Shown one piece after another: positions 24,478 through 38,008 of a stretch of DNA of 64,000 nucleotides (position 1 is its first letter; each line of letters opens with the position of its first letter). The notes under the pieces are model-generated. The model saw only the letters and a program-made list of their open reading frames with translations. It ran no database searches and had not been told where the DNA came from. Both the position numbers and the translations under genes were made by a program. This DNA is from Eledone cirrhosa (lineage: Eukaryota), in NCBI GenBank assembly GCA_964016885.1, contig OZ024740.1, forward strand, positions 280,240,001 to 280,304,000, written 5' to 3'.

Positions 24478-25359
24478 CATGAATCAAAGTTCTGTTCAAA
24501 CCATTTATCAGCTTACAATTGTTTCGTCCAAACCGAGGTTTGGAGTCTTCGGAGCAATTTTTCAATGATTGTTTACATACATGACCTCCTTTCCAACACA
24601 AGAGACATCCAGAAACATATGTATATATCGATGCACAGTGGGGTGACATGCATTATAATATTTTAGCATGGCAATTTACATTCAAAAATTAAAATCATAT
24701 TAAAATAAAATTAAACAATATGCTGTAATAATCTAACCTAATACATCAAGCTTCCAATACTGAATCATCGTTAAATATGTGAAGGACATATAATCTATAT
24801 ATTACGTTTCCTGGATTGTGAAAATGGTGGTGTATACGAAAACCATAACATTATTTTGCTTCTCATTTTTAATATTTCTCTGCACACAAGCTTCTTTATC
24901 ATACATAAAAAAATACTTTACCAGTACAACCCCCATAATACTCTTGTTTACCCGCTTAAAGTGCTTGTATTGCATATAACACCTTGCCGCACATTAATCT
25001 TATATAAATAAGACACACGTGCATGCTCCACGTGTAACTATTGCATACACTAACTACTTCAAACTATCCTCTTGCATTATCTTCGTAAACTGCCGATGTT
25101 GTATTTTAACTTTAATTTTGTTTTAATATTCTTTTATATGATTTTAATTTTTGAATGTAAATTGCCATGCTAAAATATTATAATGGATGTCAACCCACTG
25201 TGCATCGATATATACATATGTTTCTGGATGTCTCTTGTGTTGGAAAGGAGGTCATGTATGTAAACAATCATTGAAAAATTGCTCCGAAGACTCCAAACCT
25301 CGGTTTGGACGAAACAATTGTAAGCTAATAAATGGTTTGAACAGAACTTTGATTCATGT
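24478..25359 (-). mobile_element. 5'-truncated PLE with inverted pseudo-LTR (arms about 24478-24716 and 25107-25359) and a decayed endonuclease-like spacer
   Basis: Inverted arms each carry a hammerhead. The spacer on the minus strand gives QEYYGGCTGK (weak YIG-like match). Confidence 0.7.
25277..25329 (+). ncRNA. Type I hammerhead (CCGAAGA variant); mirror copy at about 24510-24560 minus
   Basis: gct-CCGAAGA-c tccaaacc tc ggtttgga c-GAAA-caattg-TA|agc. Confidence 0.7.
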
Positions 25360-25524
25360 AATTTCTATATAACTGCTCTGTAGAACAACTGATGTTATTA
25401 CATTGAGCTATTTATCTTACTGGTAATAAGGTAGTAATAAATTAGTCTTTCACTGTTTAGGGTTTAAAATATATATAACTATAAAAAGTTTTAGTATATA
25501 CATAACCATAAATAGAATCCTTAA

Positions 25525-26326
25525 TCTATATATATAAAACTGTGGTTGTCTGTCTGTCTATCGATTTTTGGCACACATCTCCTCTTAGAATCTCTCACGG
25601 AATTGCACCGAAATTGCTATACTTGTACATTGAGCCCTAGCGAAGACATCGGAAAAAAATATTTCAAATTGACCCACCCTATGTGACGAAATCGAATATA
25701 ATGTATCGATTTTTGAGCGTAAGTTATCAGTTATTTCCCTTTGTTCTGTTTACATTGAGCGTCTTACGTAAAAAATTACGCTGGCTTTCTCAGCGTTTAA
25801 AATGACATTAACACAATACACGAACAGCAAAATATTGACCTGCAAAATTCATCAGTTCGAACACTAAGCTTCCGTTTTGCTTCATTTCCATTTAAAAGCA
25901 TTTTAAAACAATATTTTTACTTGAAAACCAGTCTATTTAAAGACTACGTAAAACAAGCAAATATTTCAGGCGTGCAGACAGATAGTCGTGCAGAGAGGTG
26001 ATATAGGCGTGCAGACAGACATAACTGATAATTTGGTTACGCTAATGTTTTTCTCTGCGTTGCAGTGTTTACATTTTCGATCTTTGTTAATAAATAACCA
26101 GTGCAGTTTTTATCCCCAGCATCCTCTTTTGTTATAACATTCGGGTTATCGTTATGTTTTCTTAACTTCATAAGGCATATTGTTGGTTGAGGGAATATTA
26201 ATCAAAAACACCACATGCAAGTCTGCACAGTAGACATTACAGTTTTTAAGCCAAAAAAGAAACTTAACATTGTAACTTTAACACAGCTACTGAGCGACCC
26301 CGAGCAACGCCGGGCTTTACTGCTAG
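25525..26326 (+). mobile_element. Non-autonomous Helitron, complete
   Basis: 5' end a|TCtatatatataaaac; 3' end cccgagcaacgccggg hairpin then ctgCTAG|t. A/T insertion site with no target duplication. Confidence 0.85.
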
Positions 26327-27160
26327 TACTATATATATATATATATACAGAAACGAAAATAAAATATGGCTATTAAGATCTTATTTGAAAATTTGGAATG
26401 ATACAGACATTCATAGTCTTGTGCTCATATTTATATTCATTGGAGGTCACGAGTTATGCTTATGAAGTCTATGAAATAAAACTGAGATAATGAATCACCA
26501 CAGAGGGATAGGACTTCATATATGCAAGTTATATGTTATGACAGTCACCATCGAACACACCGCAGCTAATTGATTAGGAAGGAAAATGAATCGAAATAAT
26601 TGAAATTACTCGTAGTGACACCGTTTTCACACTACCCATTTAAATCAAGGAAAACGCTAATTAACACTGTGTCACATCGAGGTGTGACCTTTTTTTGTTA
26701 TTGCTATTAATATGAACACCACTCCTTTTAACTTGATCACAAATTCACCCAGGCATACGCTTACGTCACCTCTATAACATTGTCACAACTGTATTAAGCA
26801 ATTAATAAAAAATATGATAAATGTGGATGGCATGCATATCAATGAATGCTGTTTGGCCATGTAGACATTTGGCTTAACCCGCCCCCGCCCCAGCGGTATA
26901 ATTTCATGCCTTTGGAACACCTATCTCACCCCACCTTTTCTCTTCAACAATTAACCCCACAACTGCTCACCACATAATATTGATCAGCCAAATGCTATGT
27001 CGTTTAGTGTAGGTGATCTAATTTCTTCATCTTGTACAGTTTCTAGTTATCTGGATTATGGTTGCTGTCTGCTCTACGGCTAGCCAAGATGTCAACCTCT
27101 CCAGTAGATTTAATCTTTCTCTGCTTCTATTATGCTTTACCTATTATCTTTCGTGATATG

Positions 27161-27450
27161 GAGGCACGTGACCTAGTGGTAAGGGTGTTGTACTTACGAT
27201 CATAATGTGGGTTCGATTCCTGGGCTAGATTGCGTGTTGTGTTCTTGAGCAAAACACTTGATTTTACATAGCTCCAGTATACGCAGCTGAAAATGAGTAC
27301 CAGCAATAGCTGGAGGTTTAACCCTGGACTGGCATCCTGTCCAGGGTGGTGGTGGGTGGTGGGGGTGTTTCACTCTCAGTCGCTTCACGCCATGAAACCG
27401 GGATAAGCATCGGCCTAACGAGACTTCCGGCTTAAGACAGACTTTAGACT
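27161..27450 (+). mobile_element. tRNA-derived SINE with a MetaSINE-like central domain
   Basis: A/B boxes (tgacctagtgg; gggttcgattcc) and body aaatgagtacc...ggactggcatcctgtccaggg...gtcgcttcacgccatgaaaccgggataagc. Confidence 0.7.
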
Positions 27451-27577
27451 TTTAAACTTTAGATGTTCCCAGACGTTCCAAAGACTCTCTTTTCAATACA
27501 TGCCTTAAGAATTTAGTTTGCTGTTTCTTGATGGCGTTCAACATTCTTTCGAGCATTTCTTCATTTGAGATTCTATC

Positions 27578-27750
27578 TACGAGGGTGGTCTGAAACGTTC
27601 GTAGGCTGACTATGAAAGAGTGATGCTAGAGCTGTGAAATCTTGCATGCATTAATTTAAACTCTTCTTATTAATAACTGCATTGTTTCTTTCCAGGACTA
27701 TATTGAAAAATAAATCTTATTTGGTCATTCCATGAGAGTGTCTTGGTCAG
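27578..27750 (+). mobile_element. Possible mariner-type terminal fragment
   Basis: Begins ta|cgagggtggtctgaaacgttc, which resembles mariner TIRs; no partner TIR seen. Confidence 0.4.
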
Positions 27751-27924
27751 CCTATAAACCTTTCAGTCGACCCTCGTAGATATAAAATGTATAGTATTCT
27801 TCGTAGGAACCACATTTCAACAGGAATGATCTTTTTCCATTGTGTGTGATATGATCCCCGATTCATGGTCCATACAGCAGTATTGGCATAATGTAACACT
27901 GGAGTATGGTATAGTATGGACCCG

Positions 27925-28222
27925 TAACTCCCGAGGAGTCGTAGAGGCGCCATATTGACATGCGGCATTATTTAAAACCTGGCGGAGCCCATCTACTCTC
28001 TAGGTCTGAATACAGTAGAATTCTTCCAGAGAAGGATAGAGAGAGTGACAGAAAGGAAGAAAGAAAGAAATATAGAGGAAGAATCGACCCCAGTACTTCA
28101 CTGTTGCTTTTTTTTATCGATCACAAATGTGTGAAAGAAAAAGTTGACCTCGGCGGGATTTAAACTCAGAGAGCAGAGAGCCGAAATAAATACTACAAAG
28201 CATTCTATCCAACTTTCTAACG
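27925..28222 (-). mobile_element. tRNA-headed SINE with extended 3' body; other copies at 39612-39895 (-), 42990-43116 (-), 43730-44010 (-), 52675-52960 (+) and 53758-54066 (+)
   Basis: Shared head ggcggcgaattggcagagtcgtta...gagttcaaatcc and tail gtcaatatggcgcctctacgactcc. Confidence 0.8.
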
Positions 28223-28586
28223 ACTCTGCCAATTTGCCGCCTATAACACGGGAGTGTTCTTATTCTAATGTCTATTGGCATAATATAGCGTTAAATTAAC
28301 ATGAACCGTTATCAGTGGCGATTAACTTTCTGGTAGGCGTTCAGCTACTCTGTTTGAGTGTTAATCACTGGTCATAAAATCAGATTGATAGAGGATAGAA
28401 GGAAGTACATTATAACGAGTGAAATTATATATTCAATCTTAATTTTATTAGTTATCTAGTTTTATACTTAACGAGCTAACAAATAATAAAGTTGAGATAT
28501 TAAGTACTTAAGCTGAATTATTGCACAAAATGTAGCCTAAGCTGTTGAGTTAAAAGAAAGTAGTATGTTATATTTGTGTATCGTGA

Positions 28587-28629
<43 letters not shown>

Positions 28630-28639
28630 TATAGAAGAG

Positions 28640-28687
28640 CATCTACAGGACTAGAACTGTTTCATTCGTGAGAAATCATCAGGAAGC
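28640..28687 (-). ncRNA. Type I hammerhead, family B; other copies at 29064-29112 (-), 33141-33190 (+) and degenerate 17140-17185 (+)
   Basis: gcttc-CTGATGA-tttc tcac gaat-GAAA-cag ttctagtc ctg-TA|ga(a/t)g. Confidence 0.7.
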
Positions 28688-28707
28688 ACATATATATATA
28701 TATATAT

Positions 28708-28950
28708 ATGAAAAATTCAGGACACCAACGGCTGAGCTCCTGCCGTTTCAACAACTAGATCCGAACTATTCGGATCTAGCTGATGAAACAAGATAATTTT
28801 AAAGACTTTTATGCACAATCTGCCCATATATGGACTCTACTCACTGAGGAGACCAGCTACATTCCCGCCGCCCGAATACAGGCGCTTCAGTTCGGATCTG
28901 GCTGTTGAGGCGGCCGGGGCTCGGCCGTCGGGGACCTGAATTTTTCATAA
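28708..28950 (+). mobile_element. Fold-back element related to family A, with a long-stem-II hammerhead-like motif
   Basis: Arms about 28708-28768 and 28889-28950. CTGAGGA-gaccagcta...tggctgtt-GA(gg/aa)-cggc...gccg-TC. Confidence 0.6.
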
Positions 28951-29012
<62 letters not shown>

Positions 29013-29015
29013 ATA

Positions 29016-29059
<44 letters not shown>

Positions 29060-29166
29060 AATGGCTTCTGCAGGACTAGAATTGTTTCATTCGGGAGAAA
29101 TCATCAGGAAGCTCTGCTATGTATTGAGTACCTAACTACTTACTGTGGTTACCTCCGATTGAAGCC

Positions 29167-29220
<54 letters not shown>

Positions 29221-29224
<4 letters not shown>

Positions 29225-29415
29225 AAAAGGTATGACCCCGACGGCAGAGCTCAAGCCGTTTCGACAGCTATTTCAGGACGTCCAGAAATAGCCGTCGAAA
29301 CGGCTTGAGCTCTGCCGTCGGGGTCATACCTTTTCCTATTTCCCACTCTACTACCCTAAGTATTGACTACTCTGGTGCGTTATGGTCCATCTGGTTCCTT
29401 ACCACAATTCCTTCG

Positions 29416-29418
<3 letters not shown>
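29221..29418 (+). mobile_element. Family-A fold-back element; other copies or fragments at 23701-23785 (-), 23893-23983, 30625-30766, 36313-36424, 40275-40347 (-), 59463-59634 and 60170-60372 (-)
   Basis: Shared gaaatagccgtcGAAAcggcttgagctctgccgTCggggtc and tail taccctaagtattgagtactctggtgcgttatggtccatctggttccttaccacaattccttcgtta running into (TA)n. Confidence 0.85.
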
Positions 29419-29478
<60 letters not shown>

Positions 29479-30807
29479 TACCATGGAACAACCACTATTA
29501 TAGACACCATATATATTTCCGTGGGTACTTAGTACCTACTGGAATATCTATATCATTTATCTGAATTCTCCTTAATGTTGAGAAAAAAAATGTTGTATCA
29601 TGCTGCTATTTCTAGTAACATGAAATATCAACTAGTCTATTATTCCCGCTCTTTCTAACGGCCCATTTGTGTGGTGGTCATTTTATCGGCTTGATTCGTT
29701 CACCGGGCAGAAAGCGACACATCCACATCTACGGGAATTTATATCTAGTAGGTTTGGAAAAGCTATCTGAAGAGCTATACCTTTCCATTGGAAATTCTCT
29801 GAATTTACAATCTTTTTATTAGGGAAACCGTCGGTCATGGCACTAGATCCGCACCATTCCACGGATTCTACACCACAAAAGGCGGTGTTTAAAGAGACAG
29901 AAAAAAATTAAAATGAAAACAAGTGGTGAAAGGATGTGAGGCGTGTAGGGGTGGTGGTAGATGGATGGAGGGGGGAGAAGGAGACAGGGTAGGGTGGAAA
30001 GTGGTGTGTGTGTATGTGTGTAGGTGTACGTGTGTGTGTGGATGTGTGGATGTGAGTGTGAGAGTTTGGGGAAGAACGAAGTTCTATGTTCAGGTAATAG
30101 GAAAACCAGTGGGTACATGGGGTGGAGTGTAAGTCCGTGTATGTGTGAGGATGGAGAGGGATCGGAGGGTGTGGGAGAAAGGGGACGTGCGGAGTCTGGA
30201 GGCCGAGTATGTGTATGTGAGGATACGCACGTGTGTGTGTTTTTGTGTGGTGTGGATACGTGGGAACGTATGGTTGCGTGTGTGCGAAAATAGTGTAAGT
30301 GTTTGTGTGTGTGTGTGTGTGTGTCTGTGTTCCTGAATATTTTCCCGGTGAGTGGATGAACAGATGGTGAAAAACATTGCGGTAGGCAAAACCCAACCAC
30401 ACAATACCAAAGTAACGAAAGAACTAACAGGTTAAAAAGATACACCTGGACAAATCAAACGATATACGTTTAAAGTGTTTCTATGAATCCGAAATCAGTT
30501 ATCCAACTTACATAACAGGCACGCTCGTGGTATTCCATGATCGAACAGAGGATTCATTTCATCAACAGGGATTCCATTCTGCCATAAATCGGAGTGGACA
30601 AGCATATATATATATATATATATATAGGAAAAAGTATGACCCCCAACGGCAGAGTTCAAGCCGTTTAGATGGCTATTTCTGGAAATAGCCGTCGAACCCT
30701 AACCCTAAGTATTGAGTACTCTGGTGCGTTATGGCCCATCTGGTTCCTTACCACAATTCCTTTGTTATATATATATATAAATGTATATATATATATATAT
30801 ATATATG

Positions 30808-30886
<79 letters not shown>

Positions 30887-30916
30887 ATGTATGTATGGGT
30901 GTATGTATATATATAT

Positions 30917-31523
30917 GTCAGGTCACCAGTTGGTGCTACTGGTAACATGTATTCCAGTACAACCTGTCCCATAGTCGGGTCGTTGGGGACTAAATTGGCA
31001 ACCCCACCAAGGTTTCTTGGTGAGGAGGGTGACTTTGGACATCATGCAGGACTAAAAACAAAACCTGTCAAAGGGCAAAGGAGCTCTTAAGAGTCAATGG
31101 CCATCCAAAATCACCGGGAGAGATGACCCCTTAGCCTTTGTCAAGGCAGAATTCTAGGAGAAGGAAAACTCTGATATAACACCTGCAACCCTGATGGTAT
31201 CCAATGATTTTGACTTGTTCTTCTTTTTGGTAAATATCATCTTGGTTAAGAGAGTGGGACTGGCTTTGTGCAGCGCCTTTGCTCAATATAAAAGCTTCAC
31301 GGCACAGGCATTGCTTTATATCTGGAGATCTCTCTGCACTTGTCGTCACATGGTACCATGGGCCCAGCACTATGTGTCAATAATTGTCACAAGTGTAGTG
31401 TTTGTACCAGAGTTTTCAAGTCGCTGGCTGGACTAACAAATCACACTGGTTCAGCGCATCGGTAGGGGTTCTCCTACATGGATATAAAGTAGTGGCCGTA
31501 CTCGAAAACGAGTTGGCAGCCAC
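30917..31523 (+). mobile_element. Longest copy (about 600 bp) of the non-autonomous RTE-related element
   Basis: 3' 400 bp match 2870-3280. The 5' part contains taaattggcaacccc, which resembles RTE 5' UTRs. Confidence 0.65.
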
Positions 31524-31848
31524 TATATATATGGATAGCAAGAATTAATCTTTTATCACCGTTATGTAAAGTTCATTCACTTAATTTCAGATCTTCTTAT
31601 GCCACTGCCCTTTATAAGTGAACATATACGTATGGCATTTAGATACATTTTCTCTTGACAATTTCTTACCCTTGAATTATATGTGTTTGTATGTGAGTAT
31701 GTTTATAAATTATATATATTTGCCTGTATGTGAGTATGTTTATAAATCTCTGACCAATTGATAACAAATGCTTTCTTTGTCCACTTAAATATAGGTGGGA
31801 TTTGGTATTTCAACTGGTTGTATGTGTGCCTGTGTATAGAGTCAGAGA

Positions 31849-31897
<49 letters not shown>

Positions 31898-31958
31898 ATG
31901 TGTATGTGTGTGTGTGTATATGTATGTATGTATGTATGTGTGTGTTTGTTGTGTGTGG

Positions 31959-32049
<91 letters not shown>

Positions 32050-32051
<2 letters not shown>

Positions 32052-32535
32052 CTTGAGATCGGTGTGGAAGTCGGACCTTCGTAAAGACCTGAAAATCCGC
32101 CTCTTCATTGCTGTAGTGGTGTCTGTGCTGCTGTACGGGTCTGAGACTTGGACACTGATCAAGAAACTCACTCAGATGGTGGATGGGTGCTACACGAGAA
32201 TGCTGAGGATGGCTCTGAACGTTAATCAGTATACACTGAGGATGAAAAACTCAGAGCTGTATGGGAGCCTCCCAAAAGTCAGCTCAAAAGTGACACAGAG
32301 GAGACTGAGGTTAGCTGGACATGCTCACCGACATCCAGAGTTGACATTGCACTCAGTGCTCCTGTGGGAGTCCCTACATGGACACACTGGAAGAGGAAGA
32401 ACAAGGTTAACGTATGTTGATGCCCTAAGGACAGATACTGGTCTGTTGGAGACGCATGACATGGCAGCGATAATGAGGGACAGAGACCGCTGGAGAGAAC
32501 TCGTCCATGGAGCTCGGGAATTTTACCCGCCCTAG
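32050..32535 (+). mobile_element. RTE-clade LINE 3' fragment in (TA)n
   Basis: [19 protein letters not shown]...RRLRLAGH...EFYPP*. Confidence 0.9.
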
Positions 32536-33268
32536 AATATATGTGTGTGTGTGTGTGTGTGTGTGTAAAATTTGGTCATTTCATTTATCAAACACTAAGA
32601 TACACAATGAAGGCCATCGTCGGAAGATAAACCATTATGAAATATTAAAAGAGGAAAAAAAGGTGGGAGAAGGCATACTCAATCATACAAAAAGTGATAG
32701 AGTTTCCGAAAGGTTTAAGTAATCATATTGATGGCCTCCCAACAGCCCCGGTGGACAGAATGGAGAAGGCGTTTCCTCGGAGATGTATGTATACACCTGA
32801 CCATTTCCGCAGACTTCACCATCATTTGATACCATAAATCCTTCAGTAGAGCATGTTAATATAGCCACTTAATGAAAACCCTTCGTTTGATTAGAATAAA
32901 TGACCCAGAAAACAGGAGTACCTGTCAGTATGTATGTGTTTTGTCTATAGGTACTTGTCTATAGGTGTGAATGCCTTTTACTTTTGCCTTTGTATTACTG
33001 CGTATTTTTCCCTAAATATAGTTGTTTCAAAGAATCCCCATTCTTTAAATCCATCGGCCAATGACCTTCACCCATCCCAATCACCAGCTCCCTCTACCAC
33101 CAGAAAATGTATAAAGACCACCATATCACAATGACAGTCGGCTTACCTGATGATTTCCTTCGAATGAAACACTTCTAGTCTTGTAGAAGACATTTCTATA
33201 TTAAACATTTATACTCTGCTATGTATTGAGTACCTTACTTACTGTGGTTACCCTCGATTGAACCCGGG

Positions 33269-33367
<99 letters not shown>

Positions 33368-33368
33368 A

Positions 33369-33409
<41 letters not shown>

Positions 33410-33412
33410 GAC

Positions 33413-33552
33413 AACGGGCTCCCAAAGAACTTCTACCTACCAAACTCCATTTACAAGGTACTAATCAAGCGGAGACTACAGTTGGAGACATTTGCTTATG
33501 GTGCTGCGTAGTGGATTCGAAAACGGAATCATGTGGCTGCAAAGCGAATTTC
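33413..33552 (-). mobile_element. Second octopus-type tRNA SINE family; other copies near 38945-39055 (-), 48745-48880 (-) and 61600-61755 (+)
   Basis: Shared ccttgt(g)aatg(g)a.tttggta(g/a)a.ggaa...gaagccc and gggttc B-box-like segment. Confidence 0.6.
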
Positions 33553-33612
33553 ATTATTGCACCCACCCACACACATATACACACACACAGAGAAGACGAC
33601 CCAATTATAAAG

Positions 33613-33658
<46 letters not shown>

Positions 33659-33756
33659 ATGGGTGTGTGTATATGGGTGCAAGTGGGTGTGTGAGTTGAA
33701 TAACATTTTTTAAAATGCAGTCATCCGTTTCTGTCTGTCTATCTATCTATCTATCT

Positions 33757-34108
33757 TTAGAAGGAGAATCAGGGTGGAGAGAGAGGCACTGCACCCCAGT
33801 AAATTTACTGAAAGGTGGGTGAATGAAGCGAAAATGGCCCGAGTGATTGGGCCTTCTCTGTTTATAAGCCTGTAGGTTGAGGAAGAGAGCAAAAGGAAGA
33901 AGGGAGCACTTGCACAACACGCTCCTTGAGTTGAGGGTTGTTCTATCGACGGGGTATTAAACAACATATTTGTGGCGCCTTCCCCCTATTGGGGATTTCG
34001 ATTGTTGAAATTGTTTGTTTTTATATTTTTTACACGACTGTATGTAAAATCCCCGGCATGTCTTTCTATTGTCCCCTTTCTTGTTGCGCCCTTGTGGCTA
34101 ATAAAGAA

Positions 34109-34169
<61 letters not shown>

Positions 34170-34497
34170 ACTATCTATCTATCTATCTATCTGTACTCCA
34201 GCAAATTTTATAAAAGGTGGGTGAATGTGGCAAAGATGGCTCGAGTGGTTGGGCCTTCTCTCTATATACGCCCGTAGGAAAGAGAGGAAGGGAGTACTCA
34301 CTCTTGGTGCTCCTGGAGATGAGGGTTGTACATTTTTTCGGGGTGTGTACAACCCCTGTGTAACGCCCCCTCCCCCTATTGGGGATTTCAATTGTTATTT
34401 GTTATTTTATTAATAGTTTTATTTTTATATACCTGTATGTAAACTCCCCATTTGTATTTGTCGCCTTCTTTTGTGCCCTTGTGGCTAATAAACAAAT

Positions 34498-34549
<52 letters not shown>

Positions 34550-35127
34550 AACGGGCGTGGCTGATCTGTGCGGCTACGCCGAACGACTGCTGTCGCGGGT
34601 GGCGCCGATTCGATTGACCGCCGAGTCCGTGATGACAATCAAGCCGCCTCCCCTCTTCACAAAGGAAGCAAAGGCGGTTTTTCTGTGCGTAATAGCCATG
34701 TTGAAAGAGGTTGTTTGGTGGACACGATTAAAAGGTCTGAGGTCAGGCAACTTCCTCTCTGGCCATAGTCTGGTCTACTTCTTCCGATATCACTTCGGAA
34801 GAAGGATAAGAATGGAGAGAGAGGTGCTTGGCCACAGACAGTTTTATGAAAGACGGGTGATAGTGGCGAGAATGGCTCGTGTAAATGGGCCTTCTCTGTA
34901 TACCATCCTGTAGGTAAAGAAGTGAAGGAGAGGGGAGCACCTTCTCCATGTGCTCCCCGGGCAAAGGATTGCACACTTTTTCGGGGGTGTGTGCAACCCC
35001 CATCACGTCCCCTCCCTTTTGAGGTCGTTTTCGATTATTTTCATTTTATACCCTTTTTACTCGATTTTATGTAAACTCCCCCTTTGTATTTGTCCCTTCT
35101 TTTTATGCCTTTATGGTAAATAAAGAA

Positions 35128-35161
<34 letters not shown>

Positions 35162-35255
35162 AAATCTATTTTTTACACGACTGTATGTAAAATCCTCGGC
35201 ATGTCTTTGTATTGTCCCCTTTTCTTGTGCGCCCTTGTGGCTAATAAAGAAATAT
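33757..35255 (+). mobile_element. Stack of four Tx1/L1-like LINE 3' ends, each followed by (CTAT)n
   Basis: Units about 33757-34108, 34192-34497, 34550-35128 and 35168-35252, each ending (g/a)tgg(c)taaataaa-type signal then (ctat)n. ORF 34452-34913 contains ADLCGYAERLLSRV...VVWWTRLKG. Confidence 0.75.
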
Positions 35256-35535
35256 ATCTATCTATATATCTATCTGTCTATCTATCTATCTGTCTGTCTG
35301 TCTGTCTGTCTATCTATCAGTCTATCCATATCAATATACACATCAGTGTACGTCCACGTGCGAAAATATATTTTCTTTTTAAAATATGGATAAACATCGG
35401 TGTGGGAGCGCGTATGAACATATATTTGTTTTTCAAAAAGCCACCACAACGTAGGTGAACTATAACAAATACACAGGTGAAACTCCTGGGCTACGAGACT
35501 CATCACTTAGCAATAATAAAGAATATATATATATT

Positions 35536-35645
<110 letters not shown>

Positions 35646-35913
35646 CATAAAACATGTCTATAGAATCACAAGATAAAATATATACTATTTCCTCTCCCAA
35701 TTAGCATAATTAACTATATAAAAAATCAAATAGACCAGGCTATGAGAATGAGGCTTCTATGAAGAAATCTCCGACAAATAACCAAAACTAGCCCTTCGCG
35801 TCGGCCGTAGCGGAATATTTATCGAATATTTCGACAGCGTAATCGCCCAGCTACAGTCAACTAAACAGAATTAGGTGTAAAATAAACTAGGAGAAGATAG
35901 AATACATTTAAAT

Positions 35914-36002
35914 ATCTCTACCATGGTTTCATCAGTATTTTGAGTCTTCCAATAATTATGTAATAATTATATAAACTCGAGCGCCGGATTCATCAGGAAG
36001 TT
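35914..36002 (-). ncRNA. Type I hammerhead-like motif with long stem II
   Basis: Reverse complement: cttc-CTGATGA-atc...gagttt..ataattat/ataattat..agactc...gat-GAAA-ccatgg-TA|gag. Confidence 0.6.
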
Positions 36003-36255
36003 CGCTCTTATCTAGACACTAAATTTTCCAGTGATCGCGCCAAGAATTCATTCAAAATGGCTAAAAATCGTGACGTAGTCGCGGTCAGGTTGGAAGGGTG
36101 TGGTAGTTGCTTACGACTGGTGGCATTTTTGCTAGAAAGCACAGCACAATACAGCCAAATTATATATATATATATATATTATTATTATATATATATATAT
36201 ATGTCTGTTTGTATGTATCTATGTATATATATATATACATAGATACATACAAACA

Positions 36256-36315
<60 letters not shown>

Positions 36316-36440
36316 GGAACGAGTAGGGATCCTACTCGTTCCTATTACCCACTCTACTACCCTAAGTATTGAGTACTTTGGTGCGTTATGGTCCACCTGG
36401 TTCCTTACCACTTTTCCTTCGTTATATATATATATTCTTT

Positions 36441-36537
<97 letters not shown>

Positions 36538-36605
36538 ATTATATATATATATGTCTGTTTGTATGTATCTATGTATATATATATATACATAGATACATAC
36601 AAACA

Positions 36606-36679
<74 letters not shown>

Positions 36680-36821
36680 GAAAATTGAAGCACCTCATAG
36701 GTCAATCACAAAAAGGATAGACGGCGTGACATGCCTTGACTATTAGGGTTGACGAGAAAAGCTCAAACTCTATTCCCTACAACACCACAGTGAGCGCTAC
36801 ATTATCTGCATTATGTGGAAA

Positions 36822-37040
36822 GCGGCAGCTTGGCAGTATCGGTAAAGGGTCGGACGCCATTCTTTGCAGCATAGAGTTACGACCCTTTATGATCTGAGTT
36901 CAAATGCAGCCGAGGTTAACTTTGCCTTTCATCCTTACCGGGTCGATAAAATAAAGTACCAGTCAAGCACTGGGGTCGATTTAATCGACTTTCCCCTCCC
37001 CCAGAATTGCTGGCCTTGTGCCTATATAAGAAACCATTAT
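36822..37040 (+). mobile_element. tRNA-headed SINE; further copies at 51018-51200, 51210-51420, 51434-51520 and 60600-60705
   Basis: Same family as 13960-14180. Confidence 0.8.
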
Positions 37041-37041
37041 G

Positions 37042-37445
37042 AGGAAAATATTCCACTAGCATTGCCCAAATGATGTTGGCATCACCTTTAAAGTACACTT
37101 AAAGCTTGGGTCCCGTGCTATCCGCCCACAAAAACAATCAAACTCGCATCTCATAACAAAAATACGGCACAATTATTTCACCTCAATTGGTCCCGCTCTC
37201 TTTAACATTACACCAAAACACATCAAAACAGAAACATACCCCATAAAATTCCAAAGGTCTTTGGACAAATTCCTACAAGAAATCCCGAATAAACCTCTCA
37301 CACCCGGATATATTTTCGTAAACAATAACTCTCTACTTGAGTGGGCCATGGTATCCAAGTCCTGATTTGAAAGACTTCGCCATGTGGTGTTATTAAGTTA
37401 GACATGGCCTGGACCAATACTAGCTGAAAGCTATCAGAGTTATCA
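37042..37445 (+). mobile_element. CR1-like LINE 3' end
   Basis: Homologous to 63642-64000. Confidence 0.75.
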
Positions 37446-37938
37446 AAGTTATATATATATATATATAAGATAAAAATACTTGAGTGTATTAGAGTTAAAC
37501 ACACTCGTCGTATTAGAGAAATGACAGTATAAGATATAGCTCAATGTTATCCAACAGAGCCGAAAAATTATATAAAAAATAAACAAAGAAGCCTTTAATT
37601 CATCAAAAATCTTTATTTGCTGACAGTGTATATATATATATATGTATATTTATTTGCTGACAGTATATATATATATGTATATATATATATATTCTTCTTT
37701 TTCTTCTTCTTGCTCTTGCATATGCTACCGGTGCCTTGAGAAAGGCCGGAGCATATCAATGAATCAAAACAACAGACGTAAGCTTTATTTCATCTTTATG
37801 CTTTTCTGTCTTTTTTTCTATTCAAATTCTAGCTGTCTGAGGGGTCATAGCTGTTGTATAACAGTTATCATGGAAATATATATAAAAGCAACTATGAATA
37901 AACGACGTTAATTTTTAACCTGTTGACTTGAAGTTCAC

Positions 37939-38008
<70 letters not shown>

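Noticed and set aside
30917-31005. HDV-like ribozyme at the element's 5' end
   Set aside because: A ctaa followed by a possible P2 pairing is present, but P1 and a canonical P3/L3 could not be assigned.
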